A stretch of 63,870 bases of DNA, filler included, from Octopus bimaculoides (GCF_001194135.2; 5 parts of 5 records of this genome joined end to end with filler, not necessarily neighbours in it); one strand, 5' to 3'; counted from the whole stretch's first letter, positions 37,992-50,559 are shown. The notes: generated from the sequence alone by a model not told the origin. Made by a program: numbers and translations.

Positions 37992-40900
37992 CAGACTTGT
38001 ATGGCATCTGGCTGTCTGAGATCATGTGTTCAAATTGAAACACTTTCATTCTGGAAGAAAAATCCTGACAGCTACCTAAAATGTATGTGCACACACACAC
38101 ATATCTATACTGTTTCATATATATATATATATATATATATATGTAAAAACACACACACATATATATATTCATACACACACACACACATGCACACACAAAT
38201 TGTGAGAAAAGATTCTTTGCTATGTTACCACTGCTATGGTACAGACCCAGTGACCAGGTTGCAGATGTAAAACAACACATTTCGGTGAAGGAAAACACAG
38301 TACATAATGAATACTAAGAAAATTTAAACAAAACAAAAAAGTGAATATAGTGGTATATGACTTTTAAATGAAAATTATAAATACCACAACTATACTTGTT
38401 ATTTATATATAAGTAGTAAAAGGTACCAAGGAGAGCTTACCCATTTCAAAGATTATCACTGCACATGTGAAATGGGTGAGCTTTCAATGGGGCCCTTTTT
38501 ACTTTTATTAAGCATGTCCAAGTGTACTTGACATGCAAATCAAATAGTCACTTGAACTATGGTCTTCACAGTTCCATACTGGGCATATTCCATACATACA
38601 TACATTATATATATATATTTATATATATATATATATATATACATATATATANNNNNNNNNNNNNNNNNNNNNNNNNNNNNNNNNNNNNNNNNNNNNNNNN
38701 NNNNNNNNNNNNNNNNNNNNNNNNNNNNNNNNNNNNNNNNNNNNNNNNNNNNNNNNNNNNNNNNNNNNNNNNNNNNNNNNNNNNNNNNNNNNNNNNNNNN
38801 NNNNNNNNNNNNNNNNNNNNNNNNNNNNNNNNNNNNNNNNNNNNNNNNNNNNNNNNNNNNNNNNNNNNNNNNNNNNNNNNNNNNNNNNNNNNNNNNNNNN
38901 NNNNNNNNNNNNNNNNNNNNNNNNNNNNNNNNNNNNNNNNNNNNNNNNNNNNNNNNNNNNNNNNNNNNNNNNNNNNNNNNNNNNNNNNNNNNNNNNNNNN
39001 NNNNNNNNNNNNNNNNNNNNNNNNNNNNNNNNNNNNNNNNNNNNNNNNNNNNNNNNNNNNNNNNNNNNNNNNNNNNNNNNNNNNNNNNNNNNNNNNNNNN
39101 NNNNNNNNNNNNNNNNNNNNNNNNNNNNNNNNNNNNNNNNNNNNNNNNNNNNNNNNNNNNNNNNNNNNNNNNNNNNNNNNNNNNNNNNNNNNNNNNNNNN
39201 NNNNNNNNNNNNNNNNNNNNNNNNNNNNNNNNNNNNNNNNNNNNNNNNNNNNNNNNNNNNNNNNNNNNNNNNNNNNNNNNNNNNNNNNNNNNNNNNNNNN
39301 NNNNNNNNNNNNNNNNNNNNNNNNNNNNNNNNNNNNNNNNNNNNNNNNNNNNNNNNNNNNNNNNNNNNNNNNNNNNNNNNNNNNNNNNNNNNNNNNNNNN
39401 NNNNNNNNNNNNNNNNNNNNNNNNNNNNNNNNNNNNNNNNNNNNNNNNNNNNNNNNNNNNNNNNNNNNNNNNNNNNNNNNNNNNNNNNNNNNNNNNNNNN
39501 NNNNNNNNNNNNNNNNNNNNNNNNNNNNNNNNNNNNNNNNNNNNNNNNNNNNNNNNNNNNNNNNNNNNNNNNNNNNNNNNNNNNNNNNNNNNNNNNNNNN
39601 NNNNNNNNNNNNTTTTGTGTATTTTTAATAAACAGAAATCACAACCAAGAGATGTCTGCTGAAACTGAGACTGGTAGGGTGGGGCAAGAAAACAACACAC
39701 ACACACACACACACATGAATAAAAAAAAAATTAAAATGAACAACAATTGATATCTAGATCAAAAATGGGAATGTAACTATACATCCAGTTTTCTGCTAAT
39801 AAATTTTTGCAGACCAACTGAAAGAATGGCACCAGAAACGTACTATGGAGAGAGAGACTATCAGATATCACCAATGTCTCATATATTACATATATAAATG
39901 TTTGGGGATTTTTTTTTTGTTTTTGTTTTAGAAAAATTTTGAATTGGAAGAAAATTAAAAAATTTTAAAAAAAGCGTAAGAGGTGAAATATTAAATTATT
40001 CTAACAATGTACAAGGACAAGTGTGATGCAGAATTTTTATATTTCAGTGAAAGAGATGGAGTGGAGAGAAGCAGCCTTTTTTTATCCCAGAGGAAAAGAA
40101 AAAAAAAGATTCAAAAACGGAATATATCCAGATTGGATTGAAACTTCAAAGGAAGGAATATAGAAAAAGAAAAGGACAGGGGTATTGTTTTCTATAAAAA
40201 GTGTAGCTAATTTTCGAATATTTAATATCTAAATAAGAAAAATATGAATTTTGAATATCATTCAATAGTTTAATAGACGTCACAAAGAACCTACTTTCTA
40301 ATGAGAAACATGACAAGAAGGAGACTTTGTTAAGATAATGCTGACATTATTTGGTGGTATGTAATGACAACAGACAAACGAACAGACAAATTTATGCCAT
40401 ATGGTCATTCTAGAATTTTTGGCAAAGTTAAATGAAAACAATAATCAGGAGGAAATATTTTGACTGCAACACAAACATGGATAAGTGGCTGTTATGTCAA
40501 ACCATTTATCCTTATTTGTGTGTGCACATATCTATATGAGTATGTGCATATATACACATGTATGCATGGATAAATTTATGCACATCTATGTATAAACACA
40601 CACATGTGCATGAGTAACACACTCATATACATATACACACAAAGTTGTAAACATACATATGTATCTCAAAAATGTCCATATAATATCCTTAAATTGACTT
40701 TACATTAAAAATCTAATTGGTTAATCCATAAATGATTTGTGTGTATGTGTACAGACACACATAGATTTTTAATAAAGAATCCTAAAGAAAAACTAGAATC
40801 AAAAGTAACAATCCATTGAGTCCACACAGCTAAATTTTCCTCTACGGCAAACAGCACAATAAAAATTCAAAAACAAAAAAATTTTAAACAGTTTAAAAAT

Positions 40901-42089
40901 TCAGAAATTGCTACAAGCAGTACCTAACTTTTTAGAGCCATTCTTTTGCTTACTTATAGATTTTTATTGCTAAGAATGTGTTTTTTTGTTTTTTTAATTC
41001 TACTTACCAAACTTGAGGGAGCAAAAACAATTACAGCAAGAATAAGATGGAATTGTTCTATCAATCACTCTTATTTGATTTATATCTTGAGAACCTAAAC
41101 TACGAGGAAAAGGAAAGAATAAAAGAAAATATGGTAAATGTTGCAATTTATAGAACACATCAATTTAAAGAATCTATTTTCCATTAGGAATAAGTATGAA
41201 ATTCTCTCAAGACACATGTGAAAATCTGAAGATAGTGATCCAGAAAAATCTTCATTTCTGACAAACTCCAAGATTTTTTTTCTTTTTTGTTATAGAACAA
41301 GTGAAATAAGATTACATATTGTTGATGCTTTTCTCAAATGCAACCAAACAGTCACGCAATTTCAGCAAAATATAATTTTAAAAACCAAAAACAAAAAAAA
41401 AAAAGAAAACAAAAGAAAAGTAAAAAAAAAAAAACAGAACGAAATGGAGAATCACAAACATGGCTTACCAAGAGTCCACTTCTAAAGAACCAATCACAAA
41501 GGTAGGCTAAAATAATGTTTCCTTTAACCCTTTTGTTACGATATTTCGATTGGAATACATTGCATTTTCTGAAGTTAAATTAGGAAAGTAATGAAGAATT
41601 TAGCAAATTATCTTCATCATTATAAAGCTGGTTTATGAAACATAAATTAATTAAAAAAATTTTGAGGGAAGATTTTGATTCAGATCATTTATACCAAGAA
41701 GTTTGTTTCATACAACCAGGGATGGTTTCAGACAGGCTGGTATCAAAAGGGCCAAAAAAACATACCATGTGCTACAACTAATAAAGGATGAAGAACTTGC
41801 AACATAAATAGGGGAATGAACCTAGATCATTGACTCTGGTTCGTACTGGTTTAAGTAATGGGTGGAATGTGATATTTGGGACGTGTAATATTTTTTTTTA
41901 GCTAAGGACATAAATGATGATGATTCATGCTTATTGGTTACCAAACAACAAATGAAATTCTGGTAAAGATCGTCTGGGGTTCCCAGAAGCTTACTCTGTA
42001 GCTTGCCAAAATGGGACATGACAAAATAAAATCAACACAAAGCAAAGCAATATAACTTCACCTCCATGCGTGTACGAGTATATGTGTGC

Positions 42090-42128
<39 letters not shown>

Positions 42129-42250
42129 AGGGGCATTACTACAGAATAATAATGCCACACACTGGACTTCTCAAAATAAACACATTTTTAGTATCGAATG
42201 CGAGGAAACACAACCAACAGAAGAAAACCACCTTTCTTTTAAATAACTCA

Positions 42251-42312
42251 ACTATGTTTCGACCGATTTCGCGATTACTAGAATGAATCTAGACTCCGCT
42301 CATCAGCATAGT
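42251..42312 (-). ncRNA. Hammerhead-like motif with an atypical 4-nt insertion
   Basis: ACTATG-CTGATGA-GCG gagt CTAGA ttcat TCTAG taat CGC-GAAA-TCG-GTC-gaaa-CATAGT. Confidence 0.45.
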
Positions 42313-43739
42313 ATTGTTCATGAAAAACATATACAAATAAACANNNNNNNNNNNNNNNNNNNNNNNNNNNNNNNNNNNNNNNNNNNNNNNNNNNNNNNNN
42401 NNNNNNNNNNNNNNNNNNNNNNNNNNNNNNNNNNNNNNNNNNNNNNNNNNNNNNNNNNNNNNNNNNNNNNNNNNNNNNNNNNNNNNNNNNNNNNNNNNNN
42501 NNNNNNNNNNNNNNNNNNNNNNNNNNNNNNNNNNNNNNNNNNNNNNNNNNNNNNNNNNNNNNNNNNNNNNNNNNNNNNNNNNNNNNNNNNNNNNNNNNNN
42601 NNNNNNNNNNNNNNNNNNNNNNNNNNNNNNNNNNNNNNNNNNNNNNNNNNNNNNNNNNNNNNNNNNNNNNNNNNNNNNNNNNNNNNNNNNNNNNNNNNNN
42701 NNNNNNNNNNNNNNNNNNNNNNNNNNNNNNNNNNNNNNNNNNNNNNNNNNNNNNNNNNNNNNNNNNNNNNNNNNNNNNNNNNNNNNNNNNNNNNNNNNNN
42801 NNNNNNNNNNNNNNNNNNNNNNNNNNNNNNNNNNNNNNNNNNNNNNNNNNNNNNNNNNNNNNNNNNNNNNNNNNNNNNNNNNNNNNNNNNNNNNNNNNNN
42901 NNNNNNNNNNNNNNNNNNNNNNNNNNNNNNNNNNNNNNNNNNNNNNNNNNNNNNNNNNNNNNNNNNNNNNNNNNNNNNNNNNNNNNNNNNNNNNNNNNNN
43001 NNNNNNNNNNNNNNNNNNNNNNNNNNNNNNNNNNNNNNNNNNNNNNNNNNNNNNNNNNNNNNNNNNNNNNNNNNNNNNNNNNNNNNNNNNNNNNNNNNNN
43101 NNNNNNNNNNNNNNNNNNNNNNNNNNNNNNNNNNNNNNNNNNNNNNNNNNNNNNNNNNNNNNNNNNNNNNNNNNNNNNNNNNNNNNNNNNNNNNNNNNNN
43201 NNNNNNNNNNNNNNNNNNNNNNNNNNNNNNNNNNNNNNNNNNNNNNNNNNNNNNNNNNNNNNNNNNNNNNNNNNNNNNNNNNNNNNNNNNNNTAAAAAAA
43301 AAAAAAAAAACTCGTTTGAGCTTTTGGTTGGTTTGTTATTAATATATATTTTTACTTTAGTTTTTATTTTTTTGTTTTTGTTTTCTTTTAAAGTTTTAGT
43401 AATTAAATTCTACAGTATCTACAATGCTGCTTTGCAATCTATCCATGGTAGTCTAAATTTGATTACTATCAGACTCGCATTGGTTTCTATTAGGAATCAA
43501 TCTAAAGGACTAGAAAAAAACAGCAGCATAAAAGAATGTACTGGAGGGTGAGGAGGAGGAGGAGAAGTAAGAGGGGGAAGAGAGAATGAAAGGAAGGGAG
43601 GTAGGGGTACAAAGAGAAAGACAGATAGATGTGGTTTCTGGGATGGTGAATGATAGTCTGGGAGAAGAGATGAAATCATTACTTCGATGATGATACTGAT
43701 GATGATGGTGATGATGATAATGATGGTGATGATTGTGTC

Positions 43740-43965
43740 TGATTTAAGCACAAGTCCAGCAAATTTTGAGAGGAGACAAAGGGAGGTTAGCTGATTAAAC
43801 TGACCCCAGCACCGGCTAGAATGGTACCTTATTTTATTGACTCCCAAAAGGATGAAAGACAAAGTTGGCTTTGGTGCGATTTGAACTCAGAATCTAGAGA
43901 GCCGGAAGAGATAGCACAAAGCATTTTCTCTGATACTCAAATGATTCAGCCAATCCACTGCCCTC
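43740..43965 (-). mobile_element. SINE family A, CpG-decayed copy
   Basis: The core reads GCCAACTTTGTCTTTCATCCTTTTGGGAGTCAAT against GTCGACTTTGCCTTTCATCCTTTCGGGGTCGAT in 2885-3119. Confidence 0.75.
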
Positions 43966-44278
43966 AATAATAATTAAAAAAACTGATAACGAAAATGATG
44001 ACGATGACAATGATGATGATGGATTTTAAACTTTAGCACAAGGCCGCAAATGTATGGCGAGAGAGGGGGAAGGAGGGGAGAGATTAACAATTAAACCAAC
44101 GCCAACACCATCATCACCCCACCCCCACCCCACCCAGTACATGGCTGGTGCTTATTATATTGACCCTGGAAGAATGGGGGGGAAAAAAAAAAAAGGTAAA
44201 GTCAACACTTAGCAAGGGGTGAACTCATAATATAACTAAAAACCACTAGGAAATTAGTCTGGCACTTTGAGTTTCTGC

Positions 44279-44315
<37 letters not shown>

Positions 44316-45938
44316 CATACTCAGTGTGAACAATGAAATTGAGCATCAATACTAAANNNNNNNNNNNNNNNNNNNNNNNNNNNNNNNNNNNNNNNNNNNN
44401 NNNNNNNNNNNNNNNNNNNNNNNNNNNNNNNNNNNNNNNNNNNNNNNNNNNNNNNNNNNNNNNNNNNNNNNNNNNNNNNNNNNNNNNNNNNNNNNNNNNN
44501 NNNNNNNNNNNNNNNNNNNNNNNNNNNNNNNNNNNNNNNNNNNNNNNNNNNNNNNNNNNNNNNNNNNNNNNNNNNNNNNNNNNNNNNNNNNNNNNNNNNN
44601 NNNNNNNNNNNNNNNNNNNNNNNNNNNNNNNNNNNNNNNNNNNNNNNNNNNNNNNNNNNNNNNNNNNNNNNNNNNNNNNNNNNNNNNNNNNNNNNNNNNN
44701 NNNNNNNNNNNNNNNNNNNNNNNNNNNNNNNNNNNNNNNNNNNNNNNNNNNNNNNNNNNNNNNNNNNNNNNNNNNNNNNNNNNNNNNNNNNNNNNNNNNN
44801 NNNNNNNNNNNNNNNNNNNNNNNNNNNNNNNNNNNNNNNNNNNNNNNNNNNNNNNNNNNNNNNNNNNNNNNNNNNNNNNNNNNNNNNNNNNNNNNNNNNN
44901 NNNNNNNNNNNNNNNNNNNNNNNNNNNNNNNNNNNNNNNNNNNNNNNNNNNNNNNNNNNNNNNNNNNNNNNNNNNNNNNNNNNNNNNNNNNNNNNNNNNN
45001 NNNNNNNNNNNNNNNNNNNNNNNNNNNNNNNNNNNNNNNNNNNNNNNNNNNNNNNNNNNNNNNNNNNNNNNNNNNNNNNNNNNNNNNNNNNNNNNNGGAA
45101 AGTTATAAGAAAATGAAAGAGTTAAAAAAAAAACAGGAAGCAGTTGTGAGTCGATCAAAACGTGGATAGCTGGACACATTTACAATTCCCTCCATATAAT
45201 ATTTTCTCTGATATCTTCACAATAGAAAAGATTCAGAAATGGTAATCCAGCTTCTGTAGAATTTGTCTTCCATTTTTTTTTGTTGTTCTTGTCCTGTTTG
45301 TTGATTTTATTTATTTTAAACTCTTTAATTTTAATTTTTTTTTTATATATTTGTTTGTTTGCTTTTGTTTTCCTTTATTTTTTCCCTTCCACATAAAAGA
45401 AGGGAATCACAATAATTGCTGTTGTTGTTGTTGTTATGTTGTGGTTGGGTGATGCTTTTTTAATTTTTTTTTATTTGTTTGCTGTGTTAGTGAGGATCTT
45501 TTTTTGTTGTTGTTTTTAAATTTACATATTTATTTATTTCATGTTCTACTTATTGAAATAGGACACAAAAATTAACTTTCGTACATCCAACTCCTCAAAA
45601 CCTTAATAATCACATCCATACATATAGTTTGTTGTTTTTGCCTTTTCTTTCAATTTCTTTCATGAATTTTTTTTTTTTTTTCTTAACCCCTAATTTCATT
45701 GAGCCACAATTAAACTTTCACTCTCTCTTTCATTTCCTCTCTTTTGTCTACCCTATCTCACTAATTAACTACCAACCCTCACCTCTACCCTTTCTTTCTA
45801 CCAGCCACTCTGATTCTTTCTAGACCACTCACTCACTCTCACTTGACCAATTTACCTTCTCCCCTTTCCCGTTAACTGAAGTTACATACGTTTCCTTCCA
45901 ATTCCTGAAATTATGTGAGGTTATGAGCCAATCAATGG

Positions 45939-47232
45939 TCATGAAACCCTCTGCTGGTTGATGGCAGACGCTGAGACATCCTCCTGTTTAACAGGGAGTC
46001 CAGATGCCAAGATACTCTCCTGGGTAGCAGAGGGTTCAGTTGTTGACACATAAACCTGGGTGGTAGCAGAGGGCTCAGATACCGAGACACTCTGCTGATT
46101 AGCAGACGATTCAGACACTGAAACATATTGCTGGTTGGCAGAAGACCGAGACACTGAAATAGTCTGTTGGTTGGTGTCATTAGCAGGCTCAGACACCAAG
46201 ACATTCTGTTGATTAGTGGTGGTGGTGGTGGTGGAAGTGGTGGTGNNNNNNNNNNNNNNNNNNNNNNNNNNNNNNNNNNNNNNNNNNNNNNNNNNNNNNN
46301 NNNNNNNNNNNNNNNNNNNNNNNNNNNNNNNNNNNNNNNNNNNNNNNNNNNNNNNNNNNNNNNNNNNNNNNNACACCAAGACATTCTGTTGATTAGTGGT
46401 GGTGGTGGTGGTGGAAGTGGTGGTGGTGGTGGAGGGCTGGAGTACTGAAACATTATTTTGGTTGGCAGATGTCTCAAGCACCGAGCTGCAAAGCTCTGTT
46501 GTCCATGTTTCTGAGCCATTCAATAAGGTTGAATCTTGTGAACCAATCACGGTAAATGTCGGTGCTTCAATGGCTGGTGTAGGGGTTAGTGAGAGTGATG
46601 TGTTTGTAGTGGCTGTCGTTGCAACGACTGCAACTGCAGCTGTGGTAGATGTTTTCGTTATCTGAGTTGTCTTGATCCCTGCCAGGTTCAAAAGTGCATC
46701 TGCACCCTCGGCAATTTTCTTCTTCTCATCTTCATCGAGAATGGGCAACCGCTTCTTACTGCGGTGTTGTCTGTTAATGAATTTGTCCCTAGCTTCATTA
46801 GCATTTTTACCTGACTGCGGAACGAAAGGAAATCCTTCTTTTGTGACAGTCTTTGTTGCAGAGTCGATGCTTGGGCTTGCAGTTGTCATACTGACAACAG
46901 ACGTAATAACTGATGTGTTTGAAGACACTGCTTGCTGAGAGCCATTAGCCTGGTGTGGGCGGTTCCCAGTGTCCTCTTCGCTGAAGCTCTCTTCTTCATC
47001 AAAATCACTGTGGTAGCTGTCAAAGTCACTGTAGGCATCCTCATCATCTTCACCTTCATCTGGTTCAGGGCCAAAGTCGTACTCATCATCGATAGAAGAG
47101 CTGGATACATCATAGCTGTCGTCGTCTGTTGCTTGAGTTGATGTGGCACTGTAGTTGTGATCCTCACTCGGGCTGCTGGTACATACAATTGGGCCAGCTT
47201 GCTTTTTGCGAACAGGACCATATGGAGCACCT
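45939..47232 (-). CDS. FoxN2/3: Terminal coding exon of a FoxN2/3 (CHES1-like) forkhead transcription factor
   Basis: Acceptor T-run-GCAG at 47233 and a frame open to TGA at 45941-45939 (about 430 codons including the N gap; the ORF track starts it late at an internal GTG). It contains SPSEDHNYSAT, SSSSIDDEYDF, an acidic tract and EKKKIAEGADALLNLAGIKT. These parallel, in order, the FOXN3 C-terminal motifs EDHNYS, SSSS.DDHYEF and EEMKEAAGSLLHLAGIR (recalled, not searched). The forkhead domain is not seen in the window. Confidence 0.8.
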
Positions 47233-47648
47233 CTGCAAAAAAAAAATAAACAAATAAATAAAAAAATTTTTTAAATGAAATAGAATAATTTAAACCGTTG
47301 AAGATAAAACAATAACTATTAGAGAGCTATAATTCATAGGAAGAGAAAGACAGTATGAGCATGTGTGTGTGTGCACGTGCACGTATGCACATATACACAC
47401 ACAGACACACATACATATACACAAGCATCTGGCCTAGTGGTTAGGGTGTTGGACTCATGATTGTAAGACTGGGGTTTTCATTCTTCAGCCGGGCAATGCA
47501 TTGTGTTCTTCAACAAAAGACTTCATTTCATGTTGCTCCAGTTCACTCAGCTGGGAAAAGTGAGTAATTAAGTGATAGACTGACATCCAGGGGAAGGATA
47601 TATACACAACAGAAACTGGGAAATTGGTCCTATGAGTCTATATGACTC

Positions 47649-47714
<66 letters not shown>

Positions 47715-49177
47715 GAGAGAGAGAGAGAGAAAGGGAGTGTGTGTGTGTGTGTATGTTTGTGCGTGCACTTTCTTTCACAATTTCAATGTATGAGCATCCA
47801 TCTTGTTCAGCCAAATGATTGAATTAGTCTGTAAAATGGCTGAATATTCCAGACATTTGAGACAGAAGCACCATGACAGTGTGACCAGATAAGAACTTTA
47901 AATTACAGGTACAGACCATTCAACATGCTTCTACAGTTTCAATCCACCCACTTTCACTCACAAGGCTTGGGTCAACTGAGGGCTAAAGTAAAGATGCCTT
48001 GGTCAAGATGTCATACATAACACGCACTGGTGCTGGTACCATGTAAAACGCACTGGTGTTAGCCACAAGTTAAAAGCATTGGAGTGGGTGCTGGTGCCAC
48101 GTAAAAAGCATCCAGTACACTCTGTAAAGTGGTTGGTGTTAGGAAGGGCATCCAGCTGTAGAAACTAAGCCAAAACAGACTAAGGAACCTGGTCTTGGCC
48201 CTTGGCCTTGCCTGCTCTTGTCAAGCCATCCGACCCATGCCAGTATGGAAAATGTATGTTAAATGATGATGTTAAAGATGACATAGGTGCTCAAATATTT
48301 CAGTAATTTTCTAAAGAATTAAACACAGAGCACAAATATCTAAAAGGTGGTACGTGCTATAAAATACAAGGTACAAGGGGATGCTACAAGAAAATAAACC
48401 AGAGTGCAAAATAAGGAATTTGTTTTGTTTTTCTTTGAAAAACATGCAAAAGCGATGTTTGCAAATCACCATTTGCTGCAGGGTGCTACTGAGGCAAAAC
48501 AAAAATCTCCCAATCATTCGTGATATTACAGAAGCAAGAGTTAAGTGCCAACCTAACGGAGTCTTGTGGACTCCATAGATTTAAAAGGTAAATACATTCT
48601 TGTTTATTTCCTTCACTGTTGTTGCAAGACAATTCCTAAATAATGCAAGATCAACAGCATTGTGGCTATGCAGCAGAGCACTGAACACTTGGACCAATAC
48701 ATCGTGGGCCTTTATTTTTCTGTCAGAAGGTATCTGCCAGAGTTCTTTAATAAATAATTTAGTCAATTTGTAATACTGCTGTCTTTTTTGTCTTCACATC
48801 TATGTTACTTTTTCATTAAGAAGATAAACCCATCCATTTTATAGTCCTCTTGATCACTGTAGAGGAGCTGCTTAAGATTATCTAATTAACATAAACTTCA
48901 TCAAATGTCAATGTAGAGGAAGAAGAAAAACAAACTTACAAAAAAAAAAATGAAAAAATTCAGATAAGAGAGAGGAAATGGTAAGCTGTTGGATCATGAT
49001 GAAGAGATAACATGGTTTTCAATTTAAAATCCGGTGTGGTTCACAAAATAGATGTAAAACCTGAACTATAATATTCAGTAAAGCATTTACAAAGATATAT
49101 CTTTAAAAAAACAAAAAGTGGGAGGATAATGCTCATCTACGAAGTAGTAACCATGGCAACAGACACAAAAAACTTAC

Positions 49178-49253
49178 CTTTGTTTTCTTTTCAGTTTCAA
49201 ACGAGTATTATTTTCACCTGAGTTCTCCACATCTCCAGATCGTCTGGAATTTT
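49178..49253 (-). CDS. FoxN2/3: Penultimate 76-nt coding exon of FoxN2/3
   Basis: Acceptor TTCTTGTTATTCTTGTAG| and donor AAAG|GTAAGT. It reads NSRRSGDVENSGENNTRLKLKRKQ; the terminal AG plus the first A of the last exon gives Arg and keeps the frame (RGAPYGPVRKK). Confidence 0.7.
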
Positions 49254-49308
49254 CTACAAGAATAACAAGAAATTAGAAATGACTTTAGAAAGAAACCAAA
49301 GATTTATT

Positions 49309-49373
<65 letters not shown>

Positions 49374-49908
49374 GAGAGGAAAAAATGATAAAGTAACAGA
49401 TTTCTCGCTTTTAAATCATGAATTTCAATTTTGTTAAAAAAGTTCCGATCTAAGTCACGTTCTCTACTTCCTTCCACTTGAACAGAAATTAGGCAACAGC
49501 ATGTTGTGATAATGAGTCAACCATCCTTTAAACATAAAAAATATATATCAAAGGTAAATGATAGCCATGACTTCAAAATGGTTTCAGACATATGGCTTAG
49601 GGAAGTAGGATTTTATTGAAGTTCTCACACAATTTCTTTCCTGTTGAGGCTCACCCACCTCCATGTTAATATAAGTAAATGAGCTTCCTTTGGTTTCAAT
49701 GACTAATATTCCAGTTGTTTGAGCAAATGAGCTGCTTACAAATTAACAATAATAGCAGTAATTGCTTCAAATTTTGTCACAAGGCCAGCAATTTTAGTGG
49801 GGAAGGTTGTTAGCCAATACAATCAACCCCAGTATTTAAATGATCATGTTATTTTATCGATCTCAAAGGGATGAGAGACATAGTTGCACTTGGTGAAATT
49901 TGTTTACT

Positions 49909-50335
49909 ACTAGATTACCAATGACCCGTTGGGTTATCAACAATTCAAGGTATCCGAAAAAACGCGCATCTCAGGAACCCATAGTCCAATTTACGCATCA
50001 CTTGTTTTATTGCGTTTGTATTCACATTACAATGGTACCTTACTTTCAGAGTATCTTCCCACTATGTGCCAGTTTAGTGATTTCTAAAGGCGTTCACAGT
50101 AAAGAGTAATAACTCCAAGTTTCACTGCTTAAATTTGTGGAAGCAAACCCCAAAAAACCACATTTCTTGAGAATCCGTGGTCCAATTTACATGAAACTTG
50201 TTTTATTCTACTTGTATTCATATTTCAGAGCTACCTTACTTAGAGAGTACTTTCCCATTATGCACCAGTTTGGCAATATTAAATTACAGACAAGTACACA
50301 CACAAATAATAACTGAGTTTTAGTAGTATATAGAT
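49909..50335 (+). mobile_element. Non-autonomous Helitron/HINE-like element with an internal tandem duplication of about 195-bp period
   Basis: Starts ACTAG..ACCCG and ends TTTTAGTAGTATATAGAT. About 49965-50085 is repeated, diverged, at about 50161-50278. Confidence 0.45.
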
Positions 50336-50559
50336 TAAGAGCATCAGATAGAAAGTATTACAATATCTAGTTATATTGTTTAAAAGGCTGAGTTTGAATC
50401 CCTTCAAGAGTTAAAGAAATAAGAGCTAGTTAAATATATAATCAACAGCTCATGCACACTACCAAAATTCAGGTACTAATATTAGGATTCTACAGCATAT
50501 AAATTCTGAGTTCAAATCCCACTAAGACTGACTTGACTATTTATTTTTTATATATATAC

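Noticed and set aside
41900-41990. ATGATGA as the C box of a C/D snoRNA
   Set aside because: No D box (CTGA) at a suitable distance and no terminal stem.
48581-48766. 61-aa intronic ORF (KELWQIPSDRKIKAHDVLVQ..)
   Set aside because: No recognisable family and no convincing splice sites; the length is within chance.
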